DNA of 64,000 nt from an uncultured Pseudomonadota bacterium (GCA_900317945.1 ONIT01000001.1:251-64250); one strand, 5' to 3'; counted from the first letter of the stretch, positions 47,576 to 57,351 are shown. Notes: generated by a model not told the origin, from the letters alone. Numbers and translations: made by a program.

Positions 47576-48478
47576 TCAGATCCTGAATTGCTTTGAGTAT
47601 TTCTTCTCGCCCCTCTTAAGGCTCTTCTGGCAGCGGAATATCGGCAGGAAGCCGAAGAGCAGCACGACTGTCCTTGATACGTACTGCCTGATTTTCAGAA
47701 CCGGAATGCCGAACAGGGTGATCTTCCACTGCTTGACGCCGAAGGCATAGGCGTCAGCTGCGACATCAGGCCTTTTCAGCGCAAGGTAGGCGCGGAGCCT
47801 GTCGGTCTCAAGCAGCAGCTCGCGCATATGCGTCTCGCTGGTGTTGTCTCCGTGATGCCTGTAGAGGACAAGAGTCTCAGGGATATTGTGGATCTTCTCG
47901 TGGATGGCGATTTTTATGAAAAGCCCAAAGTCCTCGCAGGGGAAGTACTGCTCCTCATACCTGATGCCGTGCTTCTTCAGCATGCTCTTCCTGAGCATTG
48001 CCGTGGTGTGCCCCATCGGTGACCTGTAGAAGCACTCCCTCAGGATGACAGAGTCATCCTCGGGGAACTTCTCGACCCTTGGGCATCCGCCGATGTTCTT
48101 CATCCAGGTGCCTACAGCCGCGGTGTCGGGGTGGGCGTCAAGGTAGTCAGCCTCCTTCTTGAGCCTGTTCGGCAGCGATATGTCATCGTGATCCTGCACC
48201 GCTATGTACTCGGCCCGGCACATGTCCATGAGCTTGTTGCGCGTTTCGGAAATGCCCAGGTTGGTGCTGTTGCGCTGGTAGATTATCCTGGAGTCCTTCT
48301 CCATGTACCCGCGTATGATTTTCTCGGCAACCGTGTCCTCAGGACAGTCGTCGAGAATGACAATCTCAAAATTAGTCTCGGTCTGTGCGAGAAGGCCGTC
48401 CAGGCAGTCGCGCAGGTACTTTTCCCTGGTGCGGTAGACCGGCAGCGCTACTGAAACTCTTGGAACACTGGTATCCAT
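47576..48478 (-). CDS. family 2 glycosyltransferase
   Basis: VSVALPVYRTREKYLRDCLDGLLAQT..NFEIVILDDCPED and the DHDD motif match GT2. The C-terminal segment is hydrophobic. Confidence 0.85.
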   Translation of the reverse strand: MDTSVPRVSVALPVYRTREKYLRDCLDGLLAQTETNFEIVILDDCPEDTVAEKIIRGYMEKDSRIIYQRNSTNLGISETRNKLMDMCRAEYIAVQDHDDISLPNRLKKEADYLDAHPDTAAVGTWMKNIGGCPRVEKFPEDDSVILRECFYRSPMGHTTAMLRKSMLKKHGIRYEEQYFPCEDFGLFIKIAIHEKIHNIPETLVLYRHHGDNTSETHMRELLLETDRLRAYLALKRPDVAADAYAFGVKQWKITLFGIPVLKIRQYVSRTVVLLFGFLPIFRCQKSLKRGEKKYSKQFRI

Positions 48479-48572
48479 TGAAACCTCTTATGCGTTGACG
48501 TTATTTTGCTTGTTTTCAGCGCTTTTTGCAACACGCCGCAGGAATAAGATGGGAATGCCGCCGCATGGCGGG

Positions 48573-48603
48573 AAAACGAAAAAGGGCTCCCTTGCGGGAA
48601 CCC
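48573..48603 (-). terminator. rho-independent terminator after amtB
   Basis: On the minus strand, GGGTTCCC-gcaa-GGGAGCCC is followed by TTTTTCGTTTT. Confidence 0.7.
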
Positions 48604-48648
48604 TTCTGAGATGCAGCTCCATTGCCTGGCCTGAGGCCAGTGCGTATT

Positions 48649-49962
48649 TTAGTAGTTGTATCCGCGCTCGCCGTGGCTTGCGAGGTCCAGACCTTCTCTT
48701 TCCTCATCAGCGCTGACCCTGATGCCGACAAGCTTGTCTGCGACATAGTAGCCGATGAAGGAGACAATTCCGGTCCAGCCGATGGTTACGACTACGGAAA
48801 TCAGCTGAGCGGTGAACTGGGTGATGATGGAGTCATTGCTTTCCTTGAAGCCGGTTCCGCCAAGCTCAGGAGCGCAGAAGATACCGGTAAGGAGCGCGCC
48901 GACGATACCGCCGACACCGTGAACTCCGAATACATCGAGGGAATCATCAACCTTGAGGAGCTTCTTGAGGCCGTGAACACCCCAGAGGCAGATGAAGCCG
49001 GCTGCGAGACCGATTACGATGGCACCGCCGAATCCTACGAAGCCGCAGGCAGGGGTGATGGCAACCAGGCCGGCAACTGCACCGGAGCATGCACCGAGGC
49101 AGGAGGGCTTGCCGTTCATAACCCACTCGCCGGCACTCCATGCGATAACTGCGCAGGCAGGTGCAATGCAGGTGGTCATGAATGCGAGGGCAGCGGTTCC
49201 GTCAGGGGTAAGCTCAGAGCCTGCGTTGAATCCGAACCAGCCCACCCAGAGGAGTGCGGCGCCGATCATGCAGAGAGGAAGGCTGTGAGGAGCCATTCTT
49301 TCCTTGCCGTAGCCGATTCTGGCCTTGACATAGTATGCACCTACGAGAGCGCACACAGCTGCGTCGATATGGACGACCGTGCCGCCTGCGAAGTCCCATA
49401 CATGGAACGCGCTGTCAAGCCAGCCGCCGCCCCAGACCATGTGCCAGGAAGGTACATAGGCGAAGGTGAACCAGATTACCAGCATGATGAGGAAGCCGCT
49501 GAACTTGATTCTTCCGGCGAAGGAGCCGAGGATCAGGCCTGCGGTGATGGCGGCGAATGCGCCCTGGAAGCAGAAGTAGGTAAGCTCCGAAAGGCCGCTG
49601 TCGAGAACGGTGTCAGGAGTTATGCCTGAAAGGAAGAACTTGCTGAAGTCTCCCATGAAGAGGGTATGCCATGCGGATCCTTCCGCAACCGGGCCGGTGA
49701 ACGCGAGGGAGTATCCGTAGATTCCCCAGAGAACGTACATCAGCGAGAATACAGCAAGTGACTGCACCAGAATGGACAGCACGTTTTTGGTCCTGACGAG
49801 TCCGCCGTAGAAAAGTGCAATTCCCGGTAGGGTCATCAGTATAACCAAAACCGCGCAGATCATGGTAAAGCCGTTCGCGGTCGGGTCCAGCTCAGCTGCG
49901 TGGGCGGGCAGCACGGCCAGCAGGCCAGCCGCCGCAGCCGCACCCTTCGAAATAAGTTTCAT
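48649..49962 (-). CDS. amtB: ammonium transporter AmtB
   Basis: 437 aa with a signal peptide. PGIALFYGGLVR..N, the DFAGG.VVH-type motif FAGGTVVHI and GVHGVGGIVGALLTG match Amt. Confidence 0.95.
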   Translation of the reverse strand: MKLISKGAAAAAGLLAVLPAHAAELDPTANGFTMICAVLVILMTLPGIALFYGGLVRTKNVLSILVQSLAVFSLMYVLWGIYGYSLAFTGPVAEGSAWHTLFMGDFSKFFLSGITPDTVLDSGLSELTYFCFQGAFAAITAGLILGSFAGRIKFSGFLIMLVIWFTFAYVPSWHMVWGGGWLDSAFHVWDFAGGTVVHIDAAVCALVGAYYVKARIGYGKERMAPHSLPLCMIGAALLWVGWFGFNAGSELTPDGTAALAFMTTCIAPACAVIAWSAGEWVMNGKPSCLGACSGAVAGLVAITPACGFVGFGGAIVIGLAAGFICLWGVHGLKKLLKVDDSLDVFGVHGVGGIVGALLTGIFCAPELGGTGFKESNDSIITQFTAQLISVVVTIGWTGIVSFIGYYVADKLVGIRVSADEEREGLDLASHGERGYNY

Positions 49963-50005
49963 GGTATAGCCTCCGTTTTCGGATATATGAATATGCCGGG
50001 GCTAC

Positions 50006-50021
50006 TGCATGAAATCTGCCA
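50006..50021 (-). promoter_or_regulatory. sigma54 (-24/-12) promoter of amtB
   Basis: The minus strand reads TGGCAGATTTCATGCA. The GG and GC are spaced exactly as in the TGGCAC-N5-TTGCA consensus. The element lies about 44 nt upstream of the amtB ATG. Confidence 0.65.
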
Positions 50022-50127
50022 TGTGTTAAAAAATCTGTAACATACTGTTTCAGGCTGATTATTTTTGATGTGCTGAAATTATGAGATATAAGTCTCATTA
50101 TTCGGCCATGATCCTGCAGGGAGCATG

Positions 50128-50144
50128 TGCACCTATTCAGTGCA
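50128..50144. promoter_or_regulatory. candidate NtrC binding site upstream of the amtB promoter
   Basis: TGCACCTATTCAGTGCA compared with the consensus TGCACCA-N3-TGGTGCA matches 11 of 14 positions. An additional GGTGCA half-site lies at 50156. The site is about 110-140 bp upstream of the sigma54 element. Confidence 0.45.
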
Positions 50145-50295
50145 TTCTCCTTTACGGTGCATGCCTGTTTTTAACCAGGCTGCATTTCCTTATAAAAGGC
50201 GGTATTTTTGATGATGAGCCGCGTGACTATGATAAAATCCGCCAGTCTAATATTGTTTGCTCCGGCCAGCTTGCCGGTTCTTCAGGGTATCTATC

Positions 50296-51345
50296 ATGTT
50301 TAGTAAGCTCTTCGGCATGTTCTCAAACGATTTTTCCATAGATCTTGGAACAGCCAATACCATCATCTACGCGCGCGGCAGAGGCATAGTTCTCAATGAG
50401 CCTTCTGTAGTCGCAATCAGGACCGAGCCGAACAGTGCCCAGCGGACTGTGCAGGCTGTGGGCCTCGAGGCAAAGAGAATGCTCGGCAAGACCCCCGGCA
50501 ACCTGCAGGCCATCCGCCCGATGAAGAACGGCGTCATCTCAGACTTTGACAATACCGGCCGCATGCTGCAGGAGTTCATTGCCAAGGTCAGGGTCAGCAG
50601 CTTCTTCAAGCCGAAGCCCAGAGTCCTGGTCTGCGTCCCGTGCGGATCGACCCAGGTGGAGAGGAAGTCCATCGTTGAGGTGGCAAAGGGCGCGGGCGCG
50701 TCAAAGGTCATCCTCCTCGAGGAGCCGATGGCTGCCGCAATCGGCGCCGGGCTCCCCGTGGCAGAGGCGACCGGAAGCATGATCATTGACATCGGCGGCG
50801 GAACGACCGAGGTTGCGATCATCTCCCTCAACGGAATTGTCGAGAGGAAGTCAATTGACGTAGGCGGCGACAAGTTCGACGAGGCGATCATCAACTATAT
50901 AGGGCGCAAGGGCAAGGCCATCGGCGAGGCTACCGCTGAGAGGATCAAGATGGAGATCGGCTCCGCAAGCCCTCTTGAGGAGGAGCTTGAGATGGAGGTC
51001 CGCGGCCTGGACAAGATGGACGGCACCCCGTGCTCCTTCAAGGTCAACTCAACCGAGATCCTGGACGCGCTTCAGGAACCGCTCAACAACATCGTCAACG
51101 CAGTGAAGGATGCCCTTGAGCACTGCAAGCCTGAGCTCAGCGCCGATATCGCCCAGTCAGGCATGTGCATTTCCGGAGGCGGCGCGCTCCTGCGCAACAT
51201 TGACGCTCTTATAAGGGAGAGGACCTCAGTTCCCACCTTCATCGCCGAGGAGCCGCTCACCTGCGTTGCCCGCGGCGGCGGCAAGGCCCTCGAGCTCCTT
51301 GACGCGCATCCCAACCAGTACGATATCTTCATTTACGATAAATAG
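50296..51345 (+). CDS. mreB: rod-shape determining actin homologue MreB
   Basis: ORF 50257, trimmed to the ATG at 50296. [17 protein letters not shown]...[13 protein letters not shown]...[10 protein letters not shown] matches MreB. Confidence 0.97.
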   Translation: MFSKLFGMFSNDFSIDLGTANTIIYARGRGIVLNEPSVVAIRTEPNSAQRTVQAVGLEAKRMLGKTPGNLQAIRPMKNGVISDFDNTGRMLQEFIAKVRVSSFFKPKPRVLVCVPCGSTQVERKSIVEVAKGAGASKVILLEEPMAAAIGAGLPVAEATGSMIIDIGGGTTEVAIISLNGIVERKSIDVGGDKFDEAIINYIGRKGKAIGEATAERIKMEIGSASPLEEELEMEVRGLDKMDGTPCSFKVNSTEILDALQEPLNNIVNAVKDALEHCKPELSADIAQSGMCISGGGALLRNIDALIRERTSVPTFIAEEPLTCVARGGGKALELLDAHPNQYDIFIYDK

Positions 51346-51377
51346 GCCTCAGGGCGGCTCCGGCCGCCTTTATACCC

Positions 51378-52367
51378 ATGTACGGTTCATTCAATCAGTT
51401 CGGCGGCCTGGCTCTTTCAATGCGGCTCTTCCTTGCCGCAGTGGTGTCGGTTACTGTAATGGTGGCCGACGCCCGCTTTGATCTGTTCAAGGACTGGCGC
51501 AACTGGTTTATGGACGCGAGCACGCCCTTCATCTACTCGGCAGAGTCACCGTCGATTTTCCTCAGCTCCGCCGCAAACAGCTTCACCACCAAGGGCGCCT
51601 ATGCGCGGGAAATCAGATCCCTGAGGAATGACATTGCCGGAACGGGGCTTGACGGCGAGGCCGGCTCCTTCGATGAGGAGCTGAAGGCCCTGAAGATTGA
51701 CATAACGAGCCTTCGCTCCGACATCCTGCGCTATCAGGCGCTCAAGAGGGAGAACGAGCACCTGAGGGCGCTCCTGGAGTCCCCGGTCCGGTTTGACTCC
51801 CGGAAGAAGGTTGCCGAGATTCTCGAGGTTGACACCGATCCCTCTGTTAGGCAGGTAATAATCAACGCAGGCACCAGGGATCACGTCTATGAGGGGCAGC
51901 CTGTCGTCAGCGACGAGGGAATAGTGGGCCAGGTGATGTCAGCCGGGTACACGATTTCGAGGGTTATCCTGATCACCGACTCAATGCACCAGATCCCGGT
52001 CTCAATAGCAGGCAGGGATCTCCGCGCCATTGCGACGGGCACCGGAGGCTATGACGAGCTCTACCTTGACAATTTCTCGCAGCAGTCTGAGCTCAGTGAC
52101 GGCGATCTCGTGCTTACCTCCGGGCTAGGCGGAAAGTTCCCTGAGGGATATCCGGTCGGCAGGATACATGTCAAGGGCGGCGCGCAGGGCGGCTCCCGCG
52201 ACTATATGGTGAAGCCGATTGTTGACTTCTCGTCGCTGCGTTATGTTCTGCTCCTCTGGAACGGTGAGTCCGGGAAGCGCAGCGAGAAGCTCACTCCTGA
52301 GGACTACCGGATCCTCGGGCTTGACGAGGATGGCCGGCCGCTCGATGCAGAGGACAGGAAGAAATGA
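51378..52367 (+). CDS. mreC: rod-shape determining protein MreC
   Basis: 329 aa with an N-terminal transmembrane segment, a coiled coil (LKRENEHLRALL) and a beta-barrel region (VVSDEGIVGQV...TSGLGGKFPEGYPVG). Confidence 0.9.
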   Translation: MYGSFNQFGGLALSMRLFLAAVVSVTVMVADARFDLFKDWRNWFMDASTPFIYSAESPSIFLSSAANSFTTKGAYAREIRSLRNDIAGTGLDGEAGSFDEELKALKIDITSLRSDILRYQALKRENEHLRALLESPVRFDSRKKVAEILEVDTDPSVRQVIINAGTRDHVYEGQPVVSDEGIVGQVMSAGYTISRVILITDSMHQIPVSIAGRDLRAIATGTGGYDELYLDNFSQQSELSDGDLVLTSGLGGKFPEGYPVGRIHVKGGAQGGSRDYMVKPIVDFSSLRYVLLLWNGESGKRSEKLTPEDYRILGLDEDGRPLDAEDRKK

Positions 52368-52855
52368 AATGGCGCTGCTTTTTCCTGACTATGGTTACAG
52401 TCCTGGTCGGGATTATCCTCAACCTTTCGCCGGCTCCTGGCTTTATAGGCAGCTTCAGGCCGGACGTGCTCGCGATGATGGTCGTTTTCTGGTGCATGAA
52501 GACTCCCGGCTTCTTCAACATCGGCACGTCCTTCCTTCTCGGAATATTCATGGACATCATGCTGGGATCCGTTCTCGGCTGCCGCGCGCTTGAGTACTCC
52601 GCCGTCGCATACATCATGGTCAGGTACTCGAAAAGCCTCAACGACAGCTCGGTCTTCTTCCAGAGCCTTGCGGTGTTCTCCGTCGTCCTCCTTTCACAGG
52701 CTGCGTCGCTTTGGTCGCTCCATATCTTCGGCGGCCGGGTTACTGACTATCATATCCTCCTTGGCTCTGTCTCATGTGCCGTGCTCTGGCCGTTCTTCCA
52801 CATGATCATGTCAGCGCTCGTCAGGTACTCAGGCCTCGGGAGAATACTCCTGTGA
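52364..52855 (+). CDS. mreD: rod-shape determining protein MreD
   Basis: A 163-aa polytopic membrane protein. It overlaps the mreC stop and is assigned by its position in mreBCD. Confidence 0.85.
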   Translation: MKWRCFFLTMVTVLVGIILNLSPAPGFIGSFRPDVLAMMVVFWCMKTPGFFNIGTSFLLGIFMDIMLGSVLGCRALEYSAVAYIMVRYSKSLNDSSVFFQSLAVFSVVLLSQAASLWSLHIFGGRVTDYHILLGSVSCAVLWPFFHMIMSALVRYSGLGRILL

Positions 52856-53427
52856 CAGACTCGCTAATCCTTGCCTCATCCTCTCCGAGGAGAAAGGAGC
52901 TTCTTGCCAGGATTGTCCCTGAGTTCACCTCTTACTCCCCTGACATTGACGAGACCCCGCGCGCAGGCGAGAACCCCTTCAGGCTCTCCATGCGGCTCGC
53001 GAGGGAGAAGGCCGTCTCCGCCGCGTCCCATTTCCCGGAATGCTTTGTCCTGGGATCTGACACCTCGGCTGCGCTTGACGGAAGGACGCTAGGGAAGCCG
53101 CATGGCTTTGAGGATTTCATGGAGTTCTTCCCTAAGCTCTCCGGCAGGGTGCATACGGTAGTCACTGCTGTTGCGCTTGTGAGGCCGGACGGCACGGTAA
53201 CTGAGAGGATCTGCTCCGCGGAGGTCGAGATGACTGCGTTCTCCGAGGCTGACGCGGCCTGGTACTGGCGCACCGGAGAGCCGCAGGACAAGGCGGGCGG
53301 CTATGCGGTGCAGGGGATTGGCGCAAGGTTCATCAGGAGAATAGCCGGAAGCCCCACCGGGCTTGTCGGGCTTCCGCTCCCCGAGACCGCGGAGCTTCTC
53401 GCTGAGGCAGGTTTCCATCAGGCATGA
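52852..53427 (+). CDS. maf: Maf-family nucleotide pyrophosphatase
   Basis: ORF 52774, trimmed to the GTG at 52852, which overlaps the mreD stop (GTGA). LILASSSPRRKELL...GSDT...GKP...DKAGGYAVQG matches Maf. Confidence 0.88.
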   Translation: MTDSLILASSSPRRKELLARIVPEFTSYSPDIDETPRAGENPFRLSMRLAREKAVSAASHFPECFVLGSDTSAALDGRTLGKPHGFEDFMEFFPKLSGRVHTVVTAVALVRPDGTVTERICSAEVEMTAFSEADAAWYWRTGEPQDKAGGYAVQGIGARFIRRIAGSPTGLVGLPLPETAELLAEAGFHQA

Positions 53428-53471
53428 CAGGCGGCATGTCCTTGCCTGCCTGATTAAAGAGGTTCAGATCA

Positions 53472-54941
53472 ATGTCAGCAGTTCTTCTTGTCAACGTGAC
53501 CCAGTCCGAGACCAGGATCGCCCTTGTTGAGCACGGTATGCTCCAGGAAGTCCATATCGAGAGGCAGAATAAGCTGGGCATTGTCGGAAACATCTACAAG
53601 GGCAGGATAAGCAGGGTGCTTCCCGGCATGCAGGCGGCCTTTGTCGACATCGGGCTTGACAAGGCCGCGTTCCTTCATGCCTCTGACATAGTGCCGCACA
53701 CCGAATGCGTTACTCCCCAGGAGAAGCAGCATTTCCAGGCTGCCGACATCAGCTCACTGGTCAGCCAGGGACAGTACATCATGGTGCAGATCGTGAAGGA
53801 CCCGATCGGAACCAAGGGCGCCCGTCTGACTACCGACATAACTCTTCCATCCAGGTACCTTGTCTTCATGCCGGGGAGCTCGCATGTCGGCGTGTCGCAG
53901 AGGATTGAGAGCCCCGAGGAGCGCGAGCGCCTCAAGAACGTGGCCGAGAAGTACGTCGACGAGAGCGGCGGGTTCATTGTCAGGACTGCCGCTGAGGGAG
54001 CAGGGGAGAATGAGCTGGGGCAGGACGCGCGGTTCCTCAAGTACCTCTGGCAGAAGATCCAGAAGAAGCGCAGGGAGGCCAAGAAGTGCGTCTGCCTCTA
54101 TGAGGATCTGCCCCTTGCCTTCAGGGTGCTAAGGGACTTTGTTGACGCCTCCCTTGACCGGATCATGGTCGATCAGAAGTTTGCCTACGAGGAGATGAAG
54201 AGCTTCTGCCATGACTTCATCCCGTCAGTGGTGGACAAGATAGAGCTCTATGAGGGAGACTCCCCTCTCTTTGACATGTTCGATGTCGAGAATGAGATCC
54301 AGAAGGCGCTTGACCGTAAGGTGCAGCTCAAGTCAGGAGGCACGCTGGTAATCGACCAGACCGAGGCCATGACGACCATCGACGTCAACACCGGCGCGTT
54401 TGTCGGGCACCGGAGCCTGGAGGAGACGATCTTCAACACCAATATCGAGGCCACCTCGGCCATTGCGAGGCAGCTGCGCCTCAGGAACCTGGGCGGCATC
54501 ATCATCATCGACTTCATTGACATGGCGAGCGAGGATCACCGCAAGAGGGTGCTGAAGAGCCTGGAGCTCTCGCTCTCCAAGGACCGGGCGAAGACTTCGG
54601 TCAACCCGTTCTCGCACCTGGGTCTTGTGGAGATGACCAGGAAGCGGACGAGGGAGAGCCTCGAGCACCTCATCTGCAGCGAGTGCCCCACCTGCGGCGG
54701 CAGGGGAATGGTGAAGTCGGTCGAGTCGGTCTGCTGCGAGATCCTGAGGGAGATAATCAGGGTCAACAAGGCGTATCAGGCAGAGAAGTACATGGTCTAT
54801 GCCTCGGTGCCGGTCGCCAATGTCCTGAAGGCTGATGAGTTCCACAATGTCGCCGAGCTTGAGCTCTCGCTCGGGAAGGCCGTGCAGATCCAGGCCGAGC
54901 CGCTCTATACCCAGGAGCAGTTCGACGTCGTGATGATCTGA
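53472..54941 (+). CDS. rng: ribonuclease G
   Basis: 489 aa with an S1 domain (GNIYKGRISRVLPGMQAAFVDIG) and the catalytic region (IDQTEAMTTIDVNTG...GGIIIIDFIDM). It follows maf. Confidence 0.95.
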   Translation: MSAVLLVNVTQSETRIALVEHGMLQEVHIERQNKLGIVGNIYKGRISRVLPGMQAAFVDIGLDKAAFLHASDIVPHTECVTPQEKQHFQAADISSLVSQGQYIMVQIVKDPIGTKGARLTTDITLPSRYLVFMPGSSHVGVSQRIESPEERERLKNVAEKYVDESGGFIVRTAAEGAGENELGQDARFLKYLWQKIQKKRREAKKCVCLYEDLPLAFRVLRDFVDASLDRIMVDQKFAYEEMKSFCHDFIPSVVDKIELYEGDSPLFDMFDVENEIQKALDRKVQLKSGGTLVIDQTEAMTTIDVNTGAFVGHRSLEETIFNTNIEATSAIARQLRLRNLGGIIIIDFIDMASEDHRKRVLKSLELSLSKDRAKTSVNPFSHLGLVEMTRKRTRESLEHLICSECPTCGGRGMVKSVESVCCEILREIIRVNKAYQAEKYMVYASVPVANVLKADEFHNVAELELSLGKAVQIQAEPLYTQEQFDVVMI

Positions 54942-54972
54942 TCCAGAAACCCTTTTCCCGTGCTGTTTCTGC

Positions 54973-55001
54973 TTGAAAAAAGGCCCCTGTGCCTGTATAA
55001 T
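54973..55001 (+). promoter_or_regulatory. sigma70 promoter of rplM-rpsI
   Basis: TTGAAA, a 17-nt spacer, then TATAAT, about 130 nt upstream of rplM. The leader contains the hairpins GCCGCC..GGCGG and GTGCC-tttc-GGCAC. Confidence 0.65.
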
Positions 55002-55131
55002 CTGCGCACCCACTGAAATGCGCCGCCATGTTAGAGGCGGTATGGCCAGCGAGGAAAGCTCGAAGGGGCTTCTGACCGGGCCGCAAGCGTGCCTTTCGGC
55101 ACAGAACAGTAACACCTTATTGGGTAAATAA

Positions 55132-55560
55132 ATGAAATCTTACATCGCAAAACCGGCCGACATCAAGCGTGACTGGTACGTTGTAGACGTTGCCGGCAAG
55201 ACCGTCGGCCGTGTTGCAACTGAGATTGCTTCCCGCCTGCGCGGCAAGAACAAGCCTGAGTACACTCCGTTTGTTGACGTAGGTGACTATATCATCGTCA
55301 TCAACGCAGCAAAGGTTACCCTTACCGGCAACAAGGCCGAGAAGAAGGTATACCATCATCATACCGGCTTCCCCGGCGGAATTGTTGATCAGACCTTCAA
55401 TGAGCTCATCCAGAGACATCCTGAGATGATCATTGAGTCTGCTGTCAAGGGCATGCTGCCGAAGGGACCCCTCGGACGCGCTATGTTCCGCAAGCTTAAG
55501 GTCTATGCCGGAGCTGAGCACAATCATGCTGCCCAGCAGCCCAAGGTACTTGATATTTAA
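55132..55560 (+). CDS. rplM: 50S ribosomal protein L13
   Basis: [43 protein letters not shown] matches L13. Confidence 0.98.
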   Translation: MKSYIAKPADIKRDWYVVDVAGKTVGRVATEIASRLRGKNKPEYTPFVDVGDYIIVINAAKVTLTGNKAEKKVYHHHTGFPGGIVDQTFNELIQRHPEMIIESAVKGMLPKGPLGRAMFRKLKVYAGAEHNHAAQQPKVLDI

Positions 55561-55571
55561 CGGAGACAATC

Positions 55572-55964
55572 ATGGCTGACAATCAGTTTTATGGCACCGG
55601 CCGCCGCAAGAGCTCTTCCGCTCGTGTCTTCGCGACAGTAGGTACCGGCAAGTTCGAAATCAACGGCAGGACTCTTGAGGAGTATTTCGGCCGCGAGACC
55701 TCCCGCATGGTAGTAAGGCAGCCTCTTGAGCTCCTTGCCATGACCGACAAGTTTGACTTCAAGGTCACCGTCAAGGGCGGCGGAATCACCGGCCAGGCCG
55801 GCGCGATCCGCCTGGGAATCACCCGTGCTCTCATGCAGTACGATGAGACCCTCAAGACACAGCTCCGCAAGGCTGGCTTCGTAACCCGCGATGCACGTGC
55901 TGTAGAGCGCAAGAAGGTCGGTCTCCACAAGGCCCGCAAGCGTCCTCAGTACTCAAAGCGTTAA
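55572..55964 (+). CDS. rpsI: 30S ribosomal protein S9
   Basis: [14 protein letters not shown]...[19 protein letters not shown]...[18 protein letters not shown] matches S9. Confidence 0.98.
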   Translation: MADNQFYGTGRRKSSSARVFATVGTGKFEINGRTLEEYFGRETSRMVVRQPLELLAMTDKFDFKVTVKGGGITGQAGAIRLGITRALMQYDETLKTQLRKAGFVTRDARAVERKKVGLHKARKRPQYSKR

Positions 55965-55992
55965 TCTGCAGCATTCTGCGGAATATCGAGAG

Positions 55993-56017
55993 AAACCCGG
56001 CTCTGCCGGGTTTTTTT
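55993..56017 (+). terminator. rho-independent terminator after rpsI
   Basis: AAACCCGG-ctctg-CCGGGTTT continuing into TTTTTTT. Confidence 0.8.
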
Positions 56018-56290
56018 ATGTCCGGACGCAGGAGCGTGCCATAGGCCATCCCGGCCGCCTGCAGAATGTCTGAAAACGCTCATGATTCGCCTAAACAGGC
56101 ACAATAAGTCTGTCAATGACTTTATATGACATAATTTCTATTATTATAATTTGATCAATTCCTGTCAGCACATTATCATTCAGAATGTTCGGTGAGCATG
56201 CGGCGCTGCCGCGGGAACCGGGCCGGAGATGCTGGCATTCAGGCTCCCCGCCGGAGCTTGCAGCGGAAAAACATATAAGAGGTAAATGAC

Positions 56291-56818
56291 ATGAACAGCA
56301 CTATTCCAATCAGGCCGTATGTGTTCAGGGCCTACTACGACTGGCTTGTCGACAGCGGCTTTACTCCCTACCTGAGGGTTGACTCATATGTGCCGAAGAC
56401 CGAGGTTCCTGAGGAGTACGTCGATCAGGACGGAGGGATAGTCCTCAACATCTCGGCTGCCGCCACGGGGAATTTCTCGGCTGACCGCCAGCATATCGAG
56501 TTCCTTGCAAGGTTCGGCGGCAAGGCGCGGCACATCGACATCCCCTTTGCCGCGGTACAGGCGCTCTTTGCCAAGGAGAACCCGTCCCTTGCCTTTATCT
56601 TCGCCGATGAGCAGTACTACCTTGACTGGATCATGGCAAATGCGGAGGACGCCGGCGATGAGGGCTCAGACGCGCCTGCGGCGATTTCGGTTGAGTCCGA
56701 CGGCGATGCGGGAGACGGGAACAGGTCATCAGGCAGCGGCGCAGAGCCTGCTGAGTCAGGGAGAGAAAATGAAGCAGGGGACAAACCTTCAAGACCCGCG
56801 TTTACAGTCGTTGAATGA
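56291..56818 (+). CDS. sspB: ClpXP adaptor / stringent starvation protein B
   Basis: RPYVFRAYYDWLVDSGFTPYLRVD....V.VP.EYV.DG.IVLNIS..A matches SspB. The linker is acidic and the tail is short and hydrophobic (AFTVVE). Confidence 0.88.
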   Translation: MNSTIPIRPYVFRAYYDWLVDSGFTPYLRVDSYVPKTEVPEEYVDQDGGIVLNISAAATGNFSADRQHIEFLARFGGKARHIDIPFAAVQALFAKENPSLAFIFADEQYYLDWIMANAEDAGDEGSDAPAAISVESDGDAGDGNRSSGSGAEPAESGRENEAGDKPSRPAFTVVE

Positions 56819-57332
56819 GCAGGCTTATGAGCTGATCATGAAGCTTGCGGCAAGGGCCGACAGCTATTCGAGGGAGCACGAGGGGCTTCCGAGATATGAC
56901 CGGTTCTCCTACATTCCGGATATTACCTTTGATCTCCATGGGAAGACCGGCGGTCAGTTCATCTGCCTTCCTGGGAGCTCAAAGCTTCGGATCAGGGTAA
57001 ACGCAGAGCTCGCCGCAGCCCACGGGCAGGCGTTCATTGACGAGATTGTGCCGCATGAGTTCGGGCACCTGGTTGCCCACCTCTTCTACGGCGATCAGAT
57101 CAGGCCCCATGGCAGTGAATGGAAGTTTGTCATGTCAACGGTCCTTGGCATCAGGGTTTTCCATACGGTCCACAGCTTCGCTGTTCCGAGGCGCAGTGAG
57201 CCAGGGGCAAGGTTCTGCTGCGGCTGCCCGGGAAAGGTCCATGAGCTTTCGGCAATAAGGCTCAGAAGGTACCAGCAGGGCACAAGGTATGTCTGCCGCG
57301 TCTGCGGCAGGGTGCTCCGCCCGCTTGGCTGA
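56769..57332 (+). CDS. sprT: SprT-family zinc metalloprotease
   Basis: ORF 56505, trimmed to the ATG at 56769; the ATG at 56838 is an alternative. It has the HEFGH motif, PHGSEWKFVM, and a C-terminal Zn ribbon, CGC...CRVCG. Confidence 0.8.
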   Translation: MKQGTNLQDPRLQSLNEQAYELIMKLAARADSYSREHEGLPRYDRFSYIPDITFDLHGKTGGQFICLPGSSKLRIRVNAELAAAHGQAFIDEIVPHEFGHLVAHLFYGDQIRPHGSEWKFVMSTVLGIRVFHTVHSFAVPRRSEPGARFCCGCPGKVHELSAIRLRRYQQGTRYVCRVCGRVLRPLG

Positions 57333-57351
57333 CGGCCCGGAGCGGCCTTAA

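Noticed and set aside
48622-49629. A 335-aa plus-strand ORF.
   Set aside because: It is fully antisense to amtB, which is unambiguous. Its product is a Gly/Ala/Asp/Glu-rich shadow.
51346-51377. The hairpin GGCGGC-tccg-GCCGCC between mreB and mreC, considered as a terminator or attenuator.
   Set aside because: There is no T-tract and the genes are only 32 nt apart in a conserved operon. There is not enough evidence for a regulatory call.
54333-55115. A 260-aa minus-strand ORF over the 3' end of rng and the rplM leader.
   Set aside because: It is antisense to RNase G, crosses a good sigma70 promoter, and has a low-complexity Arg/Leu/Asp-rich translation.
56100-56170. TATAAT-like strings in the AT-rich patch upstream of sspB, considered as a defined promoter.
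   Set aside because: Several overlapping -10-like hexamers are present, but none has a convincing -35 at 16-18 nt. This is too ambiguous to call as a feature.
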